Assembly (NCBI RefSeq): GCF_006345805.1
Contig: NC_043000.1
Location: 125,426,001 to 125,490,000 of the forward strand
Source: Octopus sinensis
Taxonomy: Eukaryota
DNA: 64,000 nucleotides
Direction of reading: 5' to 3'
Each line of letters begins with the position of its first letter. The stretch's first letter is position 1. Positions 41,020 to 53,586 of this stretch are shown piece by piece. Made by a program: the position numbers and the translations under genes. The notes under the pieces were generated by a model. It did not search any database, was not told the DNA's origin, and worked only from the letters and a program-made list of their open reading frames with translations.

Positions 41020-41057
41020 TATGTGTATATATGTATGTATGTATGTACATGTATATG
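40366..41057. repeat. Expanded (TATG)n/(TA)n microsatellite inside a SINE
   Basis: Direct inspection; SINE head at about 40222-40365, SINE tail at about 41830-41993. Confidence 0.95.
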
Positions 41058-41830
41058 CGTGGACAAATCACAAATCCCTTCAGGTAGATGGCCCTGCTTG
41101 ATCTGTAGAAAAGGCATAGGTAGAAACTCCATACAATGTACCCAGTGCAACCTATGGATACATGAGAGATGCAGCAATATCAGAGGAATGTTAACAGGGA
41201 GAATAGCTTTTTCATATGGAAAGTGCACAGGTAAAATAAACACTAAAATTGTACAGAAAATTGACTCTATCCAATGCCAGGGGCAAAAGCTTGAAGTAAT
41301 TGATAGCTTCCGTTATTCCAGTGACCAAGTCAGTAGTGGAGGTGGATGCTCTGAGAGCATAGCTGCAAGAATAAGAAGAGGCTGGGAAAAGTTCAGAGAG
41401 CTCCTACCTCTGTTGGTAGCAGAGGGCCCAAAGGGCCTTTCCCTAAGAGTTAAAAGGCAGACTGTGTGATACCTCTGTGTGAACAGTCATGCTACATGGC
41501 AGTAAAACATGGGCTGTGACTGCTGAAGACATGCATAGGCTTTTAAGAGATGTAGCTAGCATGCTTCACTGGGTGTGCAATGTCAGTGTGTATGCACAAG
41601 TGTAAGCATCTTGAGAGAAAAGCTGGGCATAAGTCATCAGATATGGTGTGCAAGAGAGACATCTGCATATGGACAAGGACAGCTGTGTAAAGAAGTACCA
41701 ATCTCTAAGAGGTAGACCCCAGGAAGACATAGGATGAGCTGGTGAAGCATGACCTTTGAACGTTGGGCCTCATGGAGGCAATGACAAAGGACCATGATTT
41801 TTGGCAATATGCTATACTTGAGGAGACCTG
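41058..41830 (+). mobile_element. RTE-clade LINE, 5'-truncated and decayed, with a PHD-like finger
   Basis: [90 protein letters not shown]. Confidence 0.9.
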
Positions 41831-43173
41831 TTTTGTCACTTGTCTTAACATAGTGCACTAATTGTAAACAAATTTCTCCATCTTACAAACAGATGAGGGT
41901 TAGCATTAGGAAAAGCATGAGTCATAGAAATCCTGTTTCAGTGCATCTCATCCAATGCAAGCAAGTATGGGAAAGTAGATGCTAAAATGATGTGGAATTA
42001 CCATTATTCAAAGTTTGTCCACTGAAAATCTAGTGATATCTTCAAAACCAAAGCAGACTTTAATAGTCATTATTATTTTAGTGTTCATTTCTTGATGCTT
42101 GTATGGATAAGATGGAATTTGCAGAGGTAGGTCTTTCCACAAATGGATTCCTTTCCTGTTACCAAATGTCATCTGTTAGTAAGATATTTCCCCGTGGTCA
42201 GACATGTTTTCTTGGGTAATTGTAAATGGTTGACACCACTTCCATGATGGCAACACTCATAACCATCATGTCATATCAAGGCAGGGAGACATACATAAAT
42301 ATAACAGACTTCTTTCAATTTCTCTCTAGCAGATGACACATATCGAAGGTGTTTCATGGTGGCATTAAATTCGAAACTAGATCGATGTGAATGAAAAAAT
42401 GCAGCCATGCTTGTATCTGGTAGACTGTTGTGCCATTTATTTTTATTTAGCTGTAATGTATGATACATATTGTGTTCAGAAATTTCTGTTGCATTCATTT
42501 AAAATTTTATGCAAAAAAATTTCATTCTTTGTTCACTCAACTTTTTCATAAGTTAGAAAATATAAATTCAAAAATGTAATATATAGTATGAATAGTGTAA
42601 ATGAAATCACTATTTTTTTTTATAGATAAAACATAATTAAAATAGCTAATTACTGTTAAATAGCTTTAACATTAAGTTCTTTTATGATGATAGCTTGAGG
42701 ATAGCTTTTACATTTCATAAAATACAGGATGCATTTCCCCCCTCTTTTGGAAGCAAGCCAAAAACAAAAAAAAAGGAAAAAAAAAGAACAATAATTAAAG
42801 TCAGAATATTATTTAATTAAATTCTGACAATAAGAACATGCATATTGATGTCAATGTGCATAAGGTACATTTATATATACATTGAAATATATGTCGTTAA
42901 AGTAAATGTTGGTAGCAAGTAGTAGTCTCTGTCTGAGATAATGTTTTCACTTCACCACTGTGTGAGTAGGTGGTGCTTGAAGATATTTATTTGTAAAGCA
43001 TTCTGGTTCAGCAAATCAGTCAGTCAGCATTTATTTCATGGAAATTTTTATGTAAAAATGTATGTATTATAATGAAGTATCAGTCAGCTCGATCTTTACA
43101 ATAAATTTGACTCTAGTCTCACTATGGAATGACAACATAAGTAAATGATTGGCTATTATTCTTAAAAGTACTT

Positions 43174-43224
<51 letters not shown>

Positions 43225-43276
43225 ATGAATATATAATATATATATATATATATATATAGTACAGCCTGATTGGTAC

Positions 43277-43684
43277 TTGTGCCAGTGGAACATTAAAAGT
43301 ACATCTGAGCGTGATCATTGCCAGGGCCACGGATTGACCCCTGTGCCGGTGGCATGTAAAAAGCACCATTTAAGCATGATTGTTGCCAGTGTTGCTTTAC
43401 CGGCACATGCCACTGGGCTGGCTCCCGTGCAGGTAGCACATAAAAAACACATTTTGAGCATGATTGTTGCCAGAACCGCTTGACTGGCCCTTGTACCGGT
43501 GGCACGTAAAAGCACCCACTACACTCTCAGAGTGGTTGGCATTAGGAAGGGCATCCAGCTGTAGAAACTTTGCAGGATCAAAATGAGCCTGGTACAGCCT
43601 TCTGGCTCACCAGTCCTCAGTCAAACAGTCCAACCCATGCCAGCATGGAAAGCAGATGTTAAACGACAATGATGATGATGATGG
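43277..43684 (+). mobile_element. SINE family C with ~73-bp internal tandem units
   Basis: Repeats of gcca/cggtggcac..aaaagcac..tttgagcatgat..ttgccag, then the family-C tail and (GAT)n. Confidence 0.88.
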
Positions 43685-43694
43685 TGTGTGTGTA

Positions 43695-44075
43695 TGTACT
43701 TTGATAGGTTTCGGCCAGTATTGGCCCAGGCTATGTCTAACTTAATAGCACCACCTGGCGAAGTCATTCAAATCAGGAATCAGACAACATGGCCCACTCG
43801 AGTAGAGGGTCATTGTTTACAGAGACATATCCAGGTGTAGTAGGTTTGTCTGGGATTTCTTGAAGGAATTTGTCCAAAGACTTCTTGAACTTTATGGGGT
43901 CTGTTTCTGCTTTAATATGTTTTGGTGTAATGTTAAAGAAAGTAGGACCAATTGAGGTGAAATAATTGTGCCATATTGTTGTAATGAGGTGCGAGTGTGA
44001 TTTATGTTGTGGGCTGATAGCACGGGGCCCAAATCTTGGGTGTATCTTACATTTGGGCAATGCTGATGGAATATT
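43695..44075 (-). mobile_element. CR1-group LINE 3' end
   Basis: HPRFGPRA..HNYFTSIGPTFFNITPKHIK..FKKSLDKFLQEIPDKPTTPGY..LLEWA, plus a short 3' UTR. Confidence 0.7.
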
Positions 44076-44220
44076 TTCCACATCATGCAGATGATGTAGC
44101 AATAAAATATAAATATTATTACTATACAATAATATTATTTTCTAGTGAAATAGAGCAAAAAGTGGTACCTTTTTATTATTATTATCATTATTATTATTAT
44201 TATTATATGTACATATTATA

Positions 44221-44460
44221 AAGATATGAGCTACTAGTAATTTCTTGCTTTAGAGACGTGGCTCTCAGCAGGTTTTTATAACATGCCTTGTGTCTCCAAA
44301 CAATCTTCAGGGTTAGTAACACTTATTGTATACCCTTACAATATCTGTTCACAGCTGGATGGACTGTATTCAAAGATTGCCTGGAGACACAAAGTATGTT
44401 AAAAAAACCCTGCCAGGCTACATGTCTTCATAGCAAGAAATCATAAGTAGCTCTTATCTT
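44221..44460. mobile_element. Foldback MITE with ~85-bp imperfect arms
   Basis: aagatatgagctactagtaatttcttgct..ttgtgtctccaaacaatctt / aagattgcctggagacacaa..agcaagaaatcataagtagctcttatctt. Confidence 0.7.
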
Positions 44461-44600
44461 AATTCAGTGTGTATTAAATAATATTTATCTCTCACTGGAT
44501 GGGGTGCTTTTTTTTGTTGCTCTTACCTTAGTGGAATAGTAAGCAATATCCATCCATCCATTTTTCTATCTATCTATCTATCTATCTGTCTCTCTCTCAT

Positions 44601-44633
<33 letters not shown>

Positions 44634-44943
44634 AAATTTCATTTTTGGATTTGGTTTCCAAGATTCTTTGTGTGAGTCTGTGTGTTGAAGCATATTCTGT
44701 TGTGTCTAGGGAGAGTCATTCTCTTTTAGTGCCTTATAATTTAACAAACTCACCGGTAAAATTTCTACTCATTTATATTTATTTTTCTAAAACTTTCATT
44801 GCGTCTTGCAACCTTTTCAATAGAAGGTTGCAAGACACAACAAAAATTTTAGAAAAATAAATAAGTAAATGAGTGGACATTTTACCGGTGAGTGTGTTAA
44901 ATTATAAGGCACTAAAAGAGAATGACTCTCCCCAGACACAACA
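44634..44943. mobile_element. Inverted-repeat element, probably Penelope-like terminal repeats
   Basis: ~118-bp arms at 44698-44815 and 44824-44943, (TA)n on both sides; the Penelope assignment is inference. Confidence 0.55.
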
Positions 44944-44954
44944 ATATATATATA

Positions 44955-45262
44955 TGTGGAGGTGCAATGGCCTAGTGGTTAGGGCAGCGGACTCGCGGTT
45001 GCAGGATCGCAGTTTCAATTCCCAGACCGGGCGTTGTGATTGTTTATTGAGCGAAAACACCTAAAAGCTCCACGAGGCTCCGGCAGGGGGTGGTGATCCC
45101 TGCTGTACTCTTTCACCACTCTTTCTCCCACTCTTTCTTCTGTTGGCCTGCTCGCTTAGCCAGTGGGATGGCGTCATTCGAAGGCCAAAACAATGCGAAC
45201 GCATTGTGACCAGCGATGTGTAACAACATCTGATGGTCTGGTCGGTCACGTGATCACGTGAT
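44955..45262 (+). mobile_element. tRNA-derived SINE, family D, CpG-rich and well preserved
   Basis: A box tggcctagtggttagg, gactcgcgg anticodon-like loop (Arg-like), B box gtttcaattccc, tail cacgtgatcacgtga(TA)n. Confidence 0.85.
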
Positions 45263-45334
45263 ATATATATATAAATAATGTTCCTGTGTATTTCTGTATC
45301 ATCTTTTCATCATTTTACACTCCTTTTCCAATGC

Positions 45335-47240
45335 TTGCATGGTTTGGACAAGTCTTCTTCTGTACAGCCTGTTGCAGTCTCTTGCCATTTCTTTTGTTAA
45401 GTTCAGTCTGTTAAGATCATCCCTCGACATTTATCATGTTTTTCTTAGTTTTCTTTTCTTGTGCTTCCTTCTCATTGGATTACTTGATACCTCTTCACCC
45501 AATTTTCATCCTTCATAATCATCACATCTGTTTATCAGCTCAGTTTTTCATTTAGCACATTACAAATCATTCTGAGTCACTACATATCATTATACTTTGT
45601 TTTTCTCTTAGCTCATCCTTGTATTACACATCCAGCAGAATATGCTCATCCTATTTTTTTTCCCAATCTTTGCATTTAATTCCCATGTTTCATCATTACT
45701 TTACATCATACTTCATACACAAGTATCATACAATCTGCTGTTCACTTAGTGAAATATTCCCTTTGTTGCCAACAGAAGTCATAGTTACCTGAATTTCTTC
45801 CACCCTGTTCTTATGCTGACTATTCAGCTTTTAGAACACTCTCTTCTACTGCTATGAGGTAACAGAAGCTGAGCTAAAAGAAGCTATCTACTAATTCTAT
45901 AGATCTCCAAATACTTGAATTCATTTCATGTTTGCTCTTACTGTTCATAACACCTGTGCATCTGCTGCATACAATATCCTTTGCTCTCAGCCTGTTAGTG
46001 ATCCTACTCACCCTTTTATGCACTCATAGTGTGCATTACATATACACTCTGTAATATTCTTATGTAGCACCTCTCTGCATTTGGATTAATCCCATTTCTC
46101 AGATGGCACTGATGTATTCTTTCCTTTTCTGCTAACCAAATCTTTTGTTTTTGATGGGTTTACTTTATGATTTTTCAATTCAAAATTTTACTTTCTTCTT
46201 TGGAATTTCTTCTGTAATTTCTTGAAAAATTCAATTATAATGAGTTGGTCACCAGCATACAGAAATTCTCTTGGACAGCCTGTTTTAAACTCCTGTTATG
46301 CCTGAAGAACTATAAGCAGAAGTAGACTTAGAACTGACCCCTAATAGACACCTTACTGGCACTCTAGATTCCTTGCTGAACTCATCACTAACTCACACCT
46401 TACAACACCACTATACATGACTTACATGATTCTCAAAAGCCATTTCTTTTCACCTAGTTTTCTTAGCAACCATCAGACTATGGATGGTGGTACCTTGTGA
46501 AAGGCCTTCTCTGTATCATCAAATGCTCTATGTAATGGCTTGCCTAGTCCCACTCAGAAAAGACCTTTAGTTGTATCCTATCCTGGTACAAACTACATCT
46601 CATCTAAGTTGATTTTCTTCCTAATTTAAGTGTTATAACTCTTTCTATAGTTGCTACTTTTTGAAGCATCTCTTTTGCCCTTGTAACTGTTGAAAATGAT
46701 ACCTCTATGCCAGTTATTGGTAACGATTCCTTGGACATTGACTTCCTGGTTGAGTAATTAACGTGTGGCTTGTTTCATATCCTTAATGGCCATTTTGATT
46801 GTATATCTGTCATTTTCAGTGCCTTAGTCCCTCTGTTGGATCAATTTGAGATAGCTAGTCTCTTTCTCTCTCAGATTTCTACACCTGCAACATCTCATCA
46901 CATTTCTATGCATCTTTCTTCTCAGTATCAGTGAAATAGGTGCACAATGTCATTACATAAACACTTCCCCCCAATAACCTCCTGATTCATACTGCTTTGC
47001 AGTTCAGCACACTCCATACCCACTGATCCTTATGTCACAGAACGATTTATTTTTCCCTTCTCTCCTTGTTAAGTATACATGAAGTCTAATCTCTCTTCTA
47101 GCTGGCTGATATTGTTCCTTACTCTTCACTTTGTTCCTCACAGGTCTGCTCTGCAGTGGGCAGCAAATCTTGTAGAAACTCCAAATTCTCTTCTCTGTTG
47201 TAGTTTTCTATCTCCTTTTCAACATATAAATCACCTAATA
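45335..47240 (-). mobile_element. RTE-clade LINE reverse-transcriptase region, heavily decayed
   Basis: Minus-strand motifs AFDDTEKAFHKVP (~46490-46530), GVY*GSVL (~46330-46353), EFKTGCPREFLYAGDQL (~46243-46293), IRTGWKKF (~45790-45815). Confidence 0.8.
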
Positions 47241-47635
47241 TGCTTTTGAGCTTATGTAGAAATTCTTCTCAAAAAATTTCAGTCTATATTCCTTGTCTGT
47301 ATAAAGTTTGGTCCAAGCTACCTCAATTTTATCTTGTTAATAATCTTAATAATATGAATGTATGAAACATACACATTTTCCAGAGTTATTCACTGAAAGC
47401 AGAGTAACTGAAGACAATGCTCTGTTGAAAATCTTGAACTGGAAACTGATGGAATTGGTGAGAAAGGATCTTCAAATGTTGAGTCTCATGGAGGGGATGA
47501 TAAAAGGCTGAGACACCTGGTAGTTTGCTGTGCTTGAGAAGACACTTCAAGCTAAATAAAATTGTGGTTGTTCTTGCATACAGGCATGTCTGCTACATCC
47601 CTTTTCTGCTGAGCAACCCTAATCTTACAGGCTTA

Positions 47636-47843
47636 TGAATGCTGGTGCCACATAAAAAGCACCTATGCTGGTACTGTGTAAAAACACCCAGTATACTTTG
47701 TCAAGTAATTGACATTAGGAAGGGCATCCAGCCATAAAAACTATGCCAAAATAGACATGAATCTTGGGCAGCTCTTCAGCTGACCAGCTCCTGTTAAACC
47801 ATCCAACCCATGCTAGCATGGAAAACGGATGTTAAATGATAAT
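47636..47843 (+). mobile_element. SINE family C, 3' part
   Basis: gctggtgccacataaaaagcacc..attaggaagggcatccagcc..ccaacccatgctagcatggaaaacggatgttaaatgat. Confidence 0.85.
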
Positions 47844-48849
47844 GGTTAAAATTAAGCAAAATTATATCAACCTAAAAGAGGTAGGAATGTTTTGTGCGGT
47901 TAAGAAGTGTGGAAATAATTTGTTGTAGTTAAATACTGTAAAATTGCATTCCTGGTTTGAAACTTGCAATGAATTTTAAACAGAGTGTAAGTGTTAATTA
48001 GGCTGAATTTGTTTCCAGGTTTCAGAGTCTACTCAGAATATGATCTCACACAAAGTATATAGAATCATATCATTCCTTTTCAGTTTGTCTATATAAATCA
48101 GCACAATAGCTTTGATAGTTCTTTTGTCTGCAGTAGACATTGCCTATAGTGTTTTAAAGTTGTGTAAAAGTAGTGCAGAAAAATTATCTGTCTAACTTTA
48201 AACCAACACATCAAGAGAAAAATAATAATCTTTGATGCAGCTGACAACTTTTTTTGGAAATAATGGCTACACCATTATTTAGCACACCTAAGTGATTGTT
48301 GGCAATAAATTAGATGCTTAATGAGAATCAAACCCCCAGAAATAATAGTGGGTCCAGGAGATAAATTTTGTTCCCAGACATCCTTTTAATAAAAAAAACA
48401 TATTCTTCTCATCCTTTTTTTGTCTAAACAGACAATAGCTTGCATGCAAATTCTTTGTAGACTGTTGAATTATGTTATATATCACTGCTGGTAGAGACTA
48501 TTTACTGATAATATTTTGTAAAATTTCTTCTATTTATAAACGGATATGTTAATGATTATTACTACCCAGTGTTATGCTGTCTGAATATTCAATGTAAGTT
48601 ACACATAAGTAATTGTTTTATTCTTAGTATCGTATAATGTATGTGCATGCTTTTATGCAGAGATCTACAAATAGCATAAACCATTATAGTGTGGTGACCT
48701 CTTTCTTCCGTATTCCACAGCTAAAGAGCTACTGTTTAAACTTTCACTGGCCTTAGTTATCGGACTGCAACTCTGTTGGGACACCACCTCATAAGGTTTT
48801 AGTCCTGTATAACAACTTGAGTTCTGAATTAATTCAGTTACATACTTTA

Positions 48850-48968
48850 ACTGTAGAAACTTTGCCAGATCAGATTGGAGCCTGGTGCAGCCTCCTGGCT
48901 CGCCAGTCCTCAGTCAAACTGTCCAACCCATGCCAGCATGGAAAATGGACATTAAACGATGATGATGA
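48850..48968 (+). mobile_element. SINE family C tail
   Basis: ctgtagaaactttgccagatcagattggagcc..gacattaaacgatgatgatga. Confidence 0.85.
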
Positions 48969-49520
48969 CTTTAACATTCTCCATTCATTGAGTTGCTAAG
49001 TTACATCATTGATATACAAGGACACAATCTGAGACGGTGGCAAAAATAATTCCTCGCAATCACACACCAGGTTTCTGCACAGTTTTCATCTACTAAATCC
49101 CTCCGACAAAGCCTTGATCAACTTAAGACTACAGTAGAAGATAATGCACAATGAGACCACACATAGCTGCAAAACAAAATTCTTCCATCACATGGCTAAG
49201 CCTGTGCTTCAATAAAATTACAATTTCTTTATTTTTGCTTTTCGCTCTGATTTATTTATTATTTTTTTTAACATCAACATGTCTATAAGTATTCATGCTC
49301 TATATTTCCAAATTAATATGGCTAACATATGTGTGTTTAGTAACACTTATTAATTGTAACTGGGTACGCAAGATGACTGCTTCATTCTACAGTAGATATG
49401 GCATCTAGCTCAAACAGCTTTTCAAGCACCAAACACTTGTATCTAGACTAAAGATTAACAATTTAATTGTTGGATAGTTATTCTTTTACTTCTGCTCATT
49501 CTGATATAACCATAAAATAA

Positions 49521-49941
49521 TCTTTTACTCTTTACTCTTTTACTTGTTTCAGTCATTTGACTGTGGCCATGCTGGAGCACTGCCTTTAGTCGAGCAAATC
49601 GACCCCCAGGACTTATTCTTTGTAAGCCTAGTACTTATTCTATTGGTCTCGTTTGACAAACCGCTAAGTTATGGGGACGTAAACACACCAGCATCGGTTG
49701 TTAAGTTATGGGGGGGGACGACGACAAACACAGACACACAAACATATACAAACACATACATATATATATGCATATATACGACAGGCTTCTTTCAGTTTCC
49801 CTCTACTAAATCTACTCACAAGGCTTTGGTTGGCCCAAGGCTATAGTAGAAGACACTTGCCCAAGGTGCTACGCAGTGGGACTGAACCCAGAACCATGTG
49901 GCTGGTAAGCAAGCTACTTACCACACAGCCACTCCTATGCA
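49521..49941 (-). mobile_element. SINE family A, full length
   Basis: Reverse complement of the 21908-22302 layout. Confidence 0.92.
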
Positions 49942-50344
49942 GTACAATTCTTTTTATTTATTCTTGAGAAAGATAAACGGATGTTTTTTTAGCTGTTCCT
50001 TTTAAAATAATTTTTAAAATAATTGAAGAAGTAAAAAAGAAAATATGAATTAAATGTGACAAGACTCTTGGGAATGTTTGCTGTAAACAATCCTAAATAA
50101 TCTTGCTATTTTCAACACATTTCTGTAAACCAGCTTGCCAACTGGTTACAGTTATGGCTCAGGTGTGCATGGTAACTAAGTTGTCCTTCCTTTCTTGGAA
50201 AAAAATCAACCAGGTAAATAGCTGTGAACGCCAAATCTCTCTCTCTCACATGTGAAGAACATGTCAACTTTCTATGGATTAGTATTTAGAAATGTCAGGT
50301 TGAGGAACAGAAAATTAAGAAATGAATCATAAGTAAACGAAGTT

Positions 50345-50670
50345 GAAAGATCTCATTAACTAAAATTTCTTATTAGCACCAGAAGATACCTGTTTAAATA
50401 GAGAGGAATTGGAAGCTACAGAATTTACAGAAGGCTTGTATACTCCTAAGAGACAACCTTCTACAAGACACTGACTAATTCCATATATGTGGGGTAGAAT
50501 TCTTGATTGGAAGATCTCATTAAGCACAACTTCTAATTAGCACAGATGACACCTAATTAAACAGAAAAGAGTAGGAAGATATGGAGCTAATAGAATATGT
50601 CCTAAGAGACAACCAGCTACATGGCACTGACCGATTTTATTTATGTAGAGCAGAATTCTTCTCTAGATTG
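50345..50670. repeat. Degenerate tandem duplication, two units of ~160-165 bp
   Basis: Shared anchors aagatctcattaa, attagcac, tcctaagagacaacc, cactgac, agaattctt at a matching offset. Confidence 0.75.
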
Positions 50671-51076
50671 AAGCTGCTTAATAGAACTTTGCAATTTTTC
50701 TTTGCCATAAGAAAGATATGTCTAAGATTTTCCTAATTCAAGGCATTATATTCAGTGTCATTGGGTGGGAATTATGACTAAAATGATGCTACACTCATTC
50801 TTACTGCCAACCTTATTCATAACAAGGAGAGATAAATAGGTGATGTATTGAAGACCTTCGTAAATGAACTGGTGCAAGTGCCAGCTGTAGGGGTTAATTG
50901 AGTGTTAGTTTGATAATTAAAGAAGTGGGGACTGGCTAGGAGATCCACTGGTCTATCCATGACATGTTGAATGCATTCAGCACTGTAGGTATTATATATG
51001 TTATATACATATTTAATTAGAAATGGTTATGATATTCTCAGTGACTGAAATAGCTGTCATTATAAGCTGCTGTATG

Positions 51077-51292
51077 CAAGGCAGTGAGCTGGCAGAAACG
51101 TTATCACGCTGGACGAAATGCTTAGCGGTATTTCATCTGTCTTTACGTTCTGAGTTCAAATTCCGCTGAGGTTCGACTTTGCCTTTCATCCTTTTGGGGT
51201 CCATAAATTAAGTACCAGTTACATACTGGAGTCAATCTAATCGACTGGTCCCCTCCCCCAAAATTTCGGGCCCTGTGCCTAGAATAGAAAAG
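51077..51292 (+). mobile_element. SINE family B, intact, with 18-bp TSD
   Basis: TSD attataagctgctgtatg at 51059-51076 and 51293-51310; B box gagttcaaattcc; core ctttgcctttcatccttttggggtccataaattaagtaccag. Confidence 0.93.
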
Positions 51293-51590
51293 ATTATAAG
51301 CTGCTGTATGTACAAAGCTAATTCACAAGATGAAATGAGGAGTGGGCGGGGGGAGGGGGATAAAGTGGACCTTGGACTGACTTATGATAATTGAAGCCAA
51401 TCAGTGCAAAGTCAGACCCAACTAGAATTAGTTTTGATAAAATTTTGTTAGGCATTATACCAGGTCAGGCGATCACATACCAAAAACTATGTCCATTTAA
51501 TACCTTCATTGTAGAATGAACGTTAAAACAACAATGTAACTGATTGTGTAATTGTGTGGGAAAACAACAAACTTTATGATCTCTTCAATC

Positions 51591-51785
51591 CGTATCAGGA
51601 CATTTACCCACCTATGAAGCCCCCCCCCCCGCCAGGACAATTCCCACTGACAACTACCCCCTAGGAGAATTATCCCCCTTGGTTAATTACCCGCTCTCCA
51701 ATATATTAAGAATTTTTGAAATCATCATCTGCTGTCCTCTGGAGTAATTGTCCTTGGGGTGGGGTGGGGAAAATGTCCTAGACTC
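51591..51785. mobile_element. Short DNA-transposon remnant with subterminal ggacaattnccc repeats
   Basis: aggacattt / aaatgtcct inverted ends; flanks cttcaatc / cttcagtc resemble an 8-bp TSD. Confidence 0.5.
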
Positions 51786-51819
51786 CTTCAGTCAAGAAGT
51801 AAAAGTTGTGAAAATATAT

Positions 51820-52042
51820 TGGTTTCACATTTTGGCGCAAGACCAGTAATTTTAGGGAGACGGGGTAAGTTGATTACATCGACCCAGTGATCAGCTGTTA
51901 CTTATTTTAATGACTCCCAAAAAGGGGAAAAGCAAAAGCAAAACTGACCTTGGCAGAATTTGAACTCAGAATGTAAAGGTGGATGAAATGCTACTCAGCA
52001 TTTCGCCTGGCAGAGTAACAGTTCTGTCAGCTTGCCACCTTA
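51820..52042 (-). mobile_element. SINE family B
   Basis: tggtttcacattttggcgcaagacc..gaatttgaactcagaatg..cagcttgccacctta. Confidence 0.85.
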
Positions 52043-52055
52043 AGGTTTTCTTTTG

Positions 52056-52430
52056 CTCTTTTATTTGTTTCAGTCATGTGACTGCGGCCATGCTGGAGCA
52101 CCACCTTTAGTTGAATAAATCGACCCCCAGGACTTAATTCTTTGTAAGCCTAGTATTTAACCTATTGGTCTCTTTTGCCAAACTGCTAAGTTACAGGGAT
52201 GTAAACACACCAATGTTTGTTGTCCAACGATGGTGGTGGGGGGGACAAACACAGACATACACACAAACACCCATGACAGGCTTCTTTCAGTTTCCATCTA
52301 CAAAATCCACTCACAAGACTTTGGTCGACCTGAGGCTATAGTAGAAGACACTTGCCCAGGGTACCACACAGTGGGACTGAACCCCCGAATCATGTGGTTG
52401 GGAAGCGAGCTACTTACCACACAGCCACAG
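52056..52430 (-). mobile_element. SINE family A, full length
   Basis: tgtttcagtcatgtgactgcggccatgctggagcacc..cttaccacacagccac. Confidence 0.9.
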
Positions 52431-53514
52431 TACAGAATCATCCAAATAACGTTATGGAGACAAAATGATTAAAAAAGGAAGACACTAATTAGGAAAAAAC
52501 GAAGAGATTAAAAATATTGTGCTTAGTATTTAAACAAGTTTATAAATCACAATTAAATATCTCTACTCTTTGAGGACATCACCCCTCCATCTGACCACTG
52601 TTTTATTTCTTGAAGAAGTTATAATTTCAGTATTTACATCAATATCTGCTGCAGCACTTCAATTTAACTTTGAAGAAAAGCGATTCTATTGTTTATTTGT
52701 TTTTTCCACAAGAAAAGTTTGAAGCAAGCTATTAATTATTTATTATAAAGACAGTTTTGTAATGCTGGTTGGCTACTGAAGCAGACTGTATTTTGAGTGA
52801 TAGAAAAATGTTATTTTAATAAACAGCTATCAATGACCACATATTGAGAAGATAACAAGCTACTTACTTGGTTGTTTACAGTCGTGCTGTTTAAGCAAAC
52901 ATTCATAAGAAGCTTACTGGCTCTTTTACTACCTCAGCTTGAAAATATGTTAGCATGCCTCTGCTGTGAGATTCATCATTAATTCACATATTAGCTAGCA
53001 GAAGCTGCTTCCATGACTTAAAAATGTTGTTAGTGATGTATACAGCAACACTTAAGGCACTGGAAGCTTATTCAATTATAACAGGAGAGATCATTATTTT
53101 AATACTTTTGCATCCAATTTCGCCCGTTTGCATGAATTGTTGTAGTAACCACAGCTGAATGCTTTTGCTAATATCAACACTTTAATTGCAAAAGGAGTGG
53201 AGTGGTATCTCAGGTTATAATTTAAGTAAATCAAGTAATTTGTTTTACTCTGGATAATAGTAGAATGCCATAAAAAATTTTTGACCTTCAAGACATTTTT
53301 TTTTTGTGTGATCAATAATGTAGACAGCTGTCTACTTATTTTTTCTTGAAATCTCAAATGTTCTGTATTTATAATATTTCGCATTAACCCTTCATTCTTT
53401 TTTAATTCATTTTTTCTTTCAGAGAGTTATTTTTTTTAATAATTGGCTATTGTTTCTTTTTTTATCTTATCAATATGTATTTGTTTATTTGTGAGCGAAA
53501 TAATCAAAGCTTGT

Positions 53515-53586
53515 ATTATTTTCTTTAATTTTAGGTAAGTAACTAACTTAGTGGCTAAGAACCATACCTGAAAATATTGTAAGTAT
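53515..53586 (+). other. Candidate recursive splice site (AG|GTAAGT at 53534/53535) with a 44-nt RS-exon ending at a second GTAAGT (53579)
   Basis: tattattttctttaattttAG GTAAGT aactaacttag...aaaatatt GTAAGTat. Confidence 0.5.

Noticed and set aside
40263-41469. ORFs of 248-367 aa
   Set aside because: Mostly (TATG)n translation; only the final ~135 aa of the 367-aa ORF are real and belong to a broken RTE LINE.
43700-43735. Hammerhead-like ggcc-aatact-ggcc-gaaac on the minus strand
   Set aside because: No CUGANGA core; better explained as the 3' UTR stem-loop of the adjacent LINE fragment.
44955-45030. tRNA gene
   Set aside because: The tRNA-like head continues into a SINE body and tail, and I cannot form a proper acceptor stem.
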